From the human T2T-CHM13v2.0 reference genome, Homo sapiens: 64,000 nucleotides of DNA. Location: the NCBI RefSeq assembly GCF_009914755.1, contig NC_060929.1; one strand, written 5' to 3'. Shown here in pieces: positions 55,271 through 64,000 of this stretch. The notes beneath the pieces were generated by a model that made no database searches, had not been told where the DNA came from, and was given only the letters and a program-made list of their open reading frames with translations. Position 1 is the first letter of the stretch. Each line of letters starts with the position of its first letter. Both the position numbers and the translations under genes were made by a program.

Positions 55271-55906
55271 TTTACATACCAAATTTATAGGACCTACTTA
55301 TATAGGATGTATTTTCTTAGCTCCTAAACTAAATTAAATAAATACTGCTAATTTGAATTTGATTTTCTCTAATATTTTCCATAAAGTATTTGAAAAAAAA
55401 AGGTTTCACTAACCATTATTGCTTGAATTTGTTTATGCTAAAGTCAAACTCAATTTTAATGGCTGCCTTCCAGGGACCACTCTTTACTGAACTCATAAAA
55501 CTCACATCACAACCACTTACATCCTAGCAGAGAGCCCTGCTTTCCCTCTATTCTCTTCATAAGCACGGAGACATACCGTTCCCACTCTAATATAACAAAG
55601 TACATTAACAATCTATACCAAGGGGCTCCATTTGTTGTGTTGGCAGTTTTTGTTCTTCCTTTCACCTCCTTAATGAGGTCCAGTTCCACTCACTGATGTC
55701 CTATAGCAGTCAGACAAACCAACATCTCACGTTCTGCCAGGAATCAAAAATAACATTAATTGCTTTCTATACTGTGTATCTATATTTAATGATAATGGAT
55801 AATATCTCCAATAACTTTTTCTCAAAATTTGTTTCTCCATTTCCCCTTCCTTTGGAAAAATGCCTTCCTGAGAGTCTGTCTACATAGCTTGTTTTAAGAA
55901 TGTAAA

Positions 55907-57718
55907 TGCTGAGTCACCTTGCAAGTCTTATATGAAAATGAGTCCACGTAAGTGCTTTAAAAGATCCTAATTTTACCACCTGGAATGAGAATGAGTCCCA
56001 CATAATTATTCAGGAGAGTTCTCTGTACAACCCCCAACTGGGAACACATGCAGCTAATGTGATTCTGCTCATGGACTCACAGATGTCCTGGCACTTCCTC
56101 AAGGGAGCAAGATTCTTTCCCCAGGGGACAGGACATTTCAGAAAAGTTATAGAGGGAGATACCTTTTTCTTCTACATCCACAAGGCTGCATAATTTATAC
56201 CTTCTAGTACCGGTTAATCCACACCTGTGGTACAGTTCTGATTTTCCTAGACCTTTTAGATCTACAGTTTTTCTGAAGTCACATGGAAAGGTGCCAGAAC
56301 AAGGTACAGGGCATCACTTCTTACACCATTCCCCTGCAGACGTTTATGACTCAGTATACCCTAAGCTAGACTAATATCTCTTTGTCATAACTTTCTGAAG
56401 ATATAGAATGAGATAATCTATGCAAAAATACCTTGAAAGATACAAAGTGGTGTGCAAACTTAAGGTTTATTTAAAACCATTTATTTAAAACCATGGCTTA
56501 TTTATCTTTGTATTCCCAATATCTAACACATTACTTGGTATACAGTAGGTTCACAGAAGATTATATGTATATATATGTATAATATATATAATAGTTATAT
56601 ATTTAACTATATATGCACATATATACACACACATAAAGAGAGAGACAAAGAGGGTTCTAAATCTAATAAGTACATTTGAGTATTGACAGATTTAGTTATC
56701 CTTTTTCTTCCTATTTTATTGTTATCATAACAAAAGTATTTAGCATTTGTCTTTGGTGTTATCACACCTCACCTGTTCCATGATCCTCTCATGTTACCCC
56801 AGCTTTCCCCAATATACAAACATATATTATGCCCAAGGCCTTTCTTGTTGGCATAGGGTATTCCCCACACAATCCTGAGCCCCTCAGATTTGTTACCACC
56901 AATCTTTTTCTTCCCACTTTCCTATCAGCTATTAAGTGGAGCAGAAATTCAAGTCCAGGTCTGTCTGTAAAGATCTTTTCACTAATCTCTACCCCTTCCC
57001 AAGAAATTCCTGGTTCTGATGACTCAATATTGCTGGAAGGACCTTCCTGGTATCTCTCATTTCACTCTTCATGTGGCACTGCCTCTCCCTCTTTGAGTGA
57101 AGCCAGTACTACTTAGAAGTCACCTTTATATGTCAGAAAGCAAGTGCGTCAAACTTTTAGAAACAAGGTTCGGGTGTCAAATTGAAACAAAAGCAAAGTA
57201 CAGATTCAGCTGGGGACACAAATCCTCTCCTGAAATCATCCTCTGTTATTCATTCTTGCACTCTTAAGCCAGTGAGTGTGAGTGTCAGATTTGAGGAATC
57301 TTAGATACAGGAGTTGTGTTATCACCCCATGACTCAGGAGCCGCCCCTGATGAGTCACACATTGCTTCTGTCAAAGCAGTCAGCAAGGAGGCAAAAGTCA
57401 TCAAATACGCCGAGAGCTCAGTATCGGTGATGGTGTGCAGCTTTTCCCTGTTTCTTTGAAGGACTCATCAAGGCCATCATCAATTGGAGCACAAAGAATG
57501 TAGGATGGATTTGTATGAGAACTTAGAGTACACAAGTTGTGGGAAAGTAAAATTGCCCAGTGGTAACATGAAACAGGGGCCTCCCAATTTTTTATTTATT
57601 AAGAAAAGAAAAAAAAAATCTTCTTTCCCTAAAGTTTTATCAGGTTGGGCTGGAGAAAAGACTGCTAAAAAAGGAACAGACTATGACAAGATAAAGATCA
57701 CTCAGGCACAGTGACTCA
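55907..57718. promoter_or_regulatory. Candidate AP-1/NRF2 enhancer (motif cluster)
   Basis: Six TGA(C/G)TCA sites: 55910, 56347, 57020, 57330, 57351, 57712; the first is a full ARE TGCTGAGTCAC. Motif evidence only. Confidence 0.45.
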
Positions 57719-57833
57719 CACCTGTAATCCCAGAACTTTGGGAGGCCGAGGAAGCTGGTGGATCGCTTGAGCCCAAGAGACCAATCTGGGCAGCATAGTG
57801 AAACACCGTCTTTATTTAAAAATACAAAAATTA

Positions 57834-58468
<635 letters not shown>

Positions 58469-61106
58469 CTAGGTGTGGTGGTGCGCATCTGTAGTCCCAG
58501 CTACTGTGGGGAGGGTGGGAGGGGGCCTGAAGTGGGAGGACCACCTGAGCCCAGGGGACCCAGGCTGCTCTGAGCTATGACCCTGCCACCGCAACTCCAG
58601 CCTGGGCGATAGAGACAGACCCTGTTTCCAAAAAAAAAAAAAAAAAATCCTCCCAAACCCACCCCCAGGGTCCCTCCCAAACCCCTGCCTACAACTTAAG
58701 GAACTGTAATTGCAACAAGCCATTATATGTGGGAACCTATCAGTACAATTTGATGTGTTGGTTAGAGACTACTTAAAGTACATTTCTTAAGAGAATTTTA
58801 AGAAAAGGTACGCATACAGGTTTCCCAAATGCTTGAAATGTTGTCTTACTTAAAAGTAGAAAGGGAACTTCACTAGGTAAGTTTTGAAATTCTTTGCAAA
58901 TCTAAATAAAAGTATAATAGAAATATATGAGACATTTGTTCTGAATATTTTTGTTGTTAATAATTATATTCTGTGAAGCTAAAACAAGATAAATGCTACA
59001 ACAGGAGAGATGTCTTGAAATCTGGAGTGTTCCATGCAGCCATCTGAATTGGCCGTGTAAGCTAATAATTTCAAGCCAAAGATATTCTAGGGAGATAACT
59101 GAATATAGTCATGTGTTTGTTTTCCAATACCTTGAGCGTTGTCTAATAGAAATGATATGACCCACTTCAAAAAAGTTCTATAAATATTTATATTATTGAA
59201 ATTAATTTCAAATTAAACTAACATATAGAATGCTAACTACTACTTGAGTTTCTTAAACGTCTTCTATTTTTAGTACAGCATAACTGTTTAATAGCTGGTT
59301 TTAGATCCCCAAACTGCACTACAGTGTTGGGGCAGGGGACCTCCTAAAAAGAGTATTACAATAGACATACATTTTATAGGACTTATTTATCTATCCTCCC
59401 TGGAAGACAGCATTGCAATGAGATTTTATTTCTTACTCTCATCCAGGGCTAGAACTTTATCAGGTCCCTGCCAGAGCTGAGTTCTGCTAGTTCCAGAAGG
59501 AAATCCTGTAAGTGGTTTAGTAAATGTTAAATAGAAACTGTGGGATATCTGAGTACATGAAATTCAAAAGTAATAGCTTAGTAATTCAAAAAAGAACCTC
59601 TGTGTCTCTCATGACTACATGTTAGGCTAAGTAAAAGATCCCTATAGTTTTAGCAGCTCAAATCCCACCCTACTTGCCACAGTCTTAAGCAATGTCTTCT
59701 CAGCAGCATTAACAAAAGCAAAGTGTGAAATATTTGCCTATTTCCTCATGGAAGGTCTCAACCCTCACTTACATGTGTTTGTTTCTTTGGACTCTGATCA
59801 AAACAGTTTCTGAGATAAGTGTCTAGTCATATCATTACACATAAAAATAGTTTTGATTTTTTTTTTTTTTTTGCCTGCCTGCAGACATTTTGTCTTCAAC
59901 ACCTCAAGGGCTTCAGCAAAACAATCTTTGCTCTTTCCAGTAATAATGGCCCAATTCAGTCAATCATAAATTTGACTCAAAAATGGCAATTCAATTTGGC
60001 TTCAGCTATACAAATTAACCCAAAATCTCCATAACAAGGAGAATATTTTGCAGAATGGAATAGGGAAAAAATACCTTTTTCCTTTAATGAAAAAAATGTG
60101 AACCTCTCAAATGGAGTTTAATACAAGTGATCTGAATTGGGTTTTAGTTTCAATCTCAGGTATTTTTTCCTTTTTACAGAAGACATAAGAAATAATAGTT
60201 ATTTGCCTAAAATTTCATTGAAAATTATTTAGTTTAATCTTTCCTAGAAAGTCTGCAACTGATTCTCTAACTCAAAATTTTACTTGAGTAGGTAAAGCAC
60301 TAAAACAAAGTTAATGCTACTTAACACTCATTTTATCCACAAGACTGTCCATATTAAATAGAGTTCAACTGTCTGTATTTTAAAGCATCAATCATTATTG
60401 TAAAATAAGTAGAATAACACTTCAGATATCTAGAACTCAACTATACAGAAACCTTACTTATCAAGAATACAAACAAGGATCCCAGAAGTTTCCAAGCTGC
60501 CAAAATAGATGCCACAAAATCAGTAAATAAAGCATGTGTCTAATATTTCAGGGGCAAGGAAGAGGTTTGCACCCTTTCTCTCTAGTTTTTCTGGCCAAGG
60601 AACTATGCATGAAAGGAACAACTGCATGGGAAATGAACACAATATTAGTTTCAAAAGGTCCATCTGGTCTGTCTTTACTAGCCCCCTGCACAACTTCTCT
60701 CATTAAGAGCAAAGTTTAAACATGAGGACTCCAACAAGAATCCTGTTCTCTTCCTCAGAAAACTAAGATTTGGGGGTCTCAGAATAGACCAAACATGGTG
60801 AAGTCACAGATGTAGAAAAGCCGAAACAGCAAGAGACAATGCAGGAGTTAGCACTAATGAGCCAGGTCTGTTTCTGGAACCTATTTGATCTGTTTAATAC
60901 AAGAAAGTAAGTGAAAGGTTCTAGGGATAGGATATGGAAATGCATGGGTCATGGCATTGGAGGTATAGTAACACTCTCTACTTTAAAATATGACCCAATA
61001 AATGATCTGTGTTTTACTCAATTACATTATCAACTCCTCTCATAGGATATAAACAAGGAAGAAAAGAATAAAACTAGCTTGCTCCAACAATTTACTTAAC
61101 ACATTA

Positions 61107-61153
61107 CATTGAAAGTAATGCCAAAAACCATGATAACTTCTGCACCAATCTAA
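61107..61153 (+). mobile_element. MADE1 (mariner MITE) half
   Basis: AAAGTAATGCCAAAAACCATGATAACTTCTGCACCAATCTAA followed by TA matches the right MADE1/Hsmar1 TIR. Confidence 0.7.
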
Positions 61154-62131
61154 TATTAAGCTAAGACTCAGCATAAAGTAATATGGAATGTGCAAACTGT
61201 GGTAGGGAGAAGAGAGAAGATCAATAGGAGAACAATTTGAAAGTCAGGTCCATGGATAGCAATGAGCATTGAGAGTGTAGTTGAAACAGAATGAAGTATA
61301 ACAGGCATTTGTGTATGCCCTTAAGCATAACCCTATGAACTCATAGTGGAGACAAAATAACTTTGCCCCTGCATGCTTCAGTGTGTTAGGAGTCAAAACA
61401 TTTTCTAAATGTATGCTCTAGTTGTATGGTGAAGTCATGTAAATATTTACATGAAATAGTGTGTATCGTAACAATACCAGTTAATTTATATTTGTATACA
61501 TTTAAAGTTTCTTTGGTAGATATGTAGATGGATAGATGAAAGAAAATATAAGTAGACAGGCTTTTGTGAGTAGGCAAATTTAAGACTTATTCAGTCATGG
61601 GGAACTAGAACAAACTAAATAGAAGAATTCAAGTGTTAAAATTCTTATTTTCTTACTTACATGTCTTCGTTTGCCATATTTTCCATATGCAAATATTTCT
61701 GGCAGGCTCAGTGCTTCTCTTATGATCTGAACCCTATATATGCTTTATAATTTGACTCTAATAGCATGGCTACTTAGGTTCTAATAAAATTCTACATATA
61801 TGTCATACATTAAATTCATCCAAGAAATCATTATGGATTTCTCACGTGCAGAATGATTTATCACGTGGGTTGTACAAGCCCAGATTTTAATTTTGACTTG
61901 TATTGTTTCCTACATAGTAATTAGATAGAAAATTTAATCTAAATGCAAAGAAAATTTTAGATAGAGGAAAAGAGAGAAAGACAGTTAACAACAGAAATCC
62001 ACCTAAGGTTTCCCAAAGCACATAATAACTATATTTTGTATATTTGTATTCCACATTATCTACGTTATTTGTCCCTGACAAGAAGAAGGATAATAGAGAG
62101 TTAACTTAACTTTTTAAAAATACAGTTGACT

Positions 62132-62484
<353 letters not shown>

Positions 62485-63547
62485 CTAGCCCAGCTTTCTC
62501 AGGCATTTTCGCTGTGTCCAATAATGCATATCACTGATAAAATGCTAGACACGTATCTTCATTAACTTGAATTCATGGGTAAAATAGTATAGCCTTTGGA
62601 GACAAAAGTTAAGCCTACCATACTCTACTGTGTTTTGGTCCGAGTACTTGGAATCCATGGTTTGAACTTCTCTTTAAAAGTTGATACCTGTGGGATGTAA
62701 ACAAAAATGGGTTCAATTTGTTCTGAATATTATCTACAGTTGAGGTCGTGAAAATCCACCTAGGTCATTAAAGGAAAAGAGACACTTTTCAAACCCAAAT
62801 CATCTAAATATCAATGGGCCAATTCCAGGATACCAATAATCATAAAGATGAGTTACCCTAAAAACACTAGAAGCCTACCACCAATTGTTATTTGTTGAGT
62901 TTGTTCATTTTTCAGTCTTTATGGAGTGAATTAGTCAAATACATCCAAAATTACCAGAAGAATTTAAGTGGTTCATTTATTTCCCTCTTTGTTCGCTTTT
63001 GAGAACACAGTTTCTAAGGTTTCATCATGTCTAGGTTGGTACTTTTAAAATTCACAGTCTTGGCACCAAAGTTGGCCACCAGTATATTTTTATTTTCTTA
63101 TGGATCTGTTTGGTACTAGATACATTCAGCTTTCTCAGCCCTGTTAGGCTCACATTATTTCAAAACACACCTGTTCATTGTAGAAATTTTGGAATATCCT
63201 ACCACTCTTGAGTCACCCCATGTATGCTAATTCAGTTTCTTGTAAACGTGAAATTCATGCAGTAAGGCGCTCAACTAACATAAGACTTATAATCAAATCT
63301 TTGCCTTTAAATACTATATCTCTTACTTTCCAAAGAGCATTTAAGTAGGGGGGTCTCATTACCCTGTCTTAAGAACGGGTCAATAATTGAAAAGAGTTTC
63401 TCAGCCTTAATATTAGTAGCTCAGAGAACTGGGTAATCTTAAACTGAAAAGAAATATGACAAAAATTAGAAAATTTGAGGTCCAGAAAATGGACAGATTG
63501 ACAGTATTAGAGGCAAAATCTGTAGCTGAACAAGTATTGAAAGATGA

Positions 63548-64000
63548 ATGTGTTCTCTATTATTTCCTTGAGCAGTGATTTGTAATTCTCTTTGAAGTGG
63601 TCCTTCACTTCCCTTGTTAGCTGTATTCCTAGGAATTTTATTCTCTTTGTAGCAATTGTGAATGGGAGTTCATTCATGATTTGGCTCTCTGCTTGTCTAT
63701 TGTTGGTGTGTAGGAATGCTTGTGATTTTTGCACATTGATATTGTACCCTGGGACTTTGCTGAATTTGCTTATCAGCTTAAGGAGCTTTTGGGATGAGAC
63801 AATGGGGTTTTCTAAATATAGAAACATGTCATCTACAGAGACAGTTTAACTTCCTCTCTTCCTGTTTTAATACCCTTTATTTCTTTATCTTGCCTGATTG
63901 CTCTGGCCAGAACTTGCAATACTATGTTGAATAGGAGTGGTGAGAGAAGGCATCCTTGTCTTGTGTTGGTTGTCAAGGGGAATTCTTCTAGTTTTTGCCC
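63548..64000 (-). mobile_element. Older L1PA ORF2 (RT region) fragment, runs off the window
   Basis: ORF 63507-63827 [21 protein letters not shown]... is ORF2-like; no tail at the left boundary. Confidence 0.92.

Noticed and set aside
55507-55689. 60-aa ORF and other short ORFs in unique or Alu sequence
   Set aside because: No recognisable domain; lengths expected by chance, and many are Alu or low-complexity translations.
56467-56494. Short tandem duplications (TTATTTAAAACCAT x2; also AAGTGCAGATAGATATAG x2 near 51761-51797)
   Set aside because: Ordinary slippage duplications, not arrays; nothing CRISPR-like in the window.
60742-60870. Possible plus-strand exon after CTGTTCTCTTCCTCAG
   Set aside because: Stops in all three frames and a weak donor; a non-coding exon cannot be supported from sequence alone.

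Overview
Primate, almost certainly human (it carries an AluYb8), AT-rich, repeat-dense DNA. I could not recognise any host protein-coding exon or RNA gene. About 25 kb (roughly 40%) is primate LINE-1: a near-full-length L1PA4-type copy on the minus strand (13-6107), a twin-primed 5'-inverted L1PA5-type insertion, a 5'-truncated L1PA3-type copy, an L1PA8-type 3' fragment, a full-length L1PA2 (33681-39683), a full-length old L1PB and a fragment at the right edge. The rest includes about 13 Alus, MaLR/ERVL/ERV1 solo LTRs, MIR/L2, a hAT-Charlie transposase relic and a MADE1 piece. All long ORFs in the track are disabled L1 ORF1/ORF2 pieces; an intact 71-aa antisense ORF0 survives in the L1PA2. I see no new biological system. 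The strongest observations are (1) a 160-bp 3' transduction carried by the L1PA2, shown by a displaced 18-bp TSD, (2) a network of non-consensus substitutions shared between neighbouring L1s of different subfamilies, suggesting local gene conversion, (3) an Alu rebuilt with mutually complementary GC-rich inserts, and (4) a dense AP-1/ARE motif cluster at 55.9-57.7 kb. Subfamily names and consensus comparisons are from memory and need RepeatMasker/Dfam confirmation.
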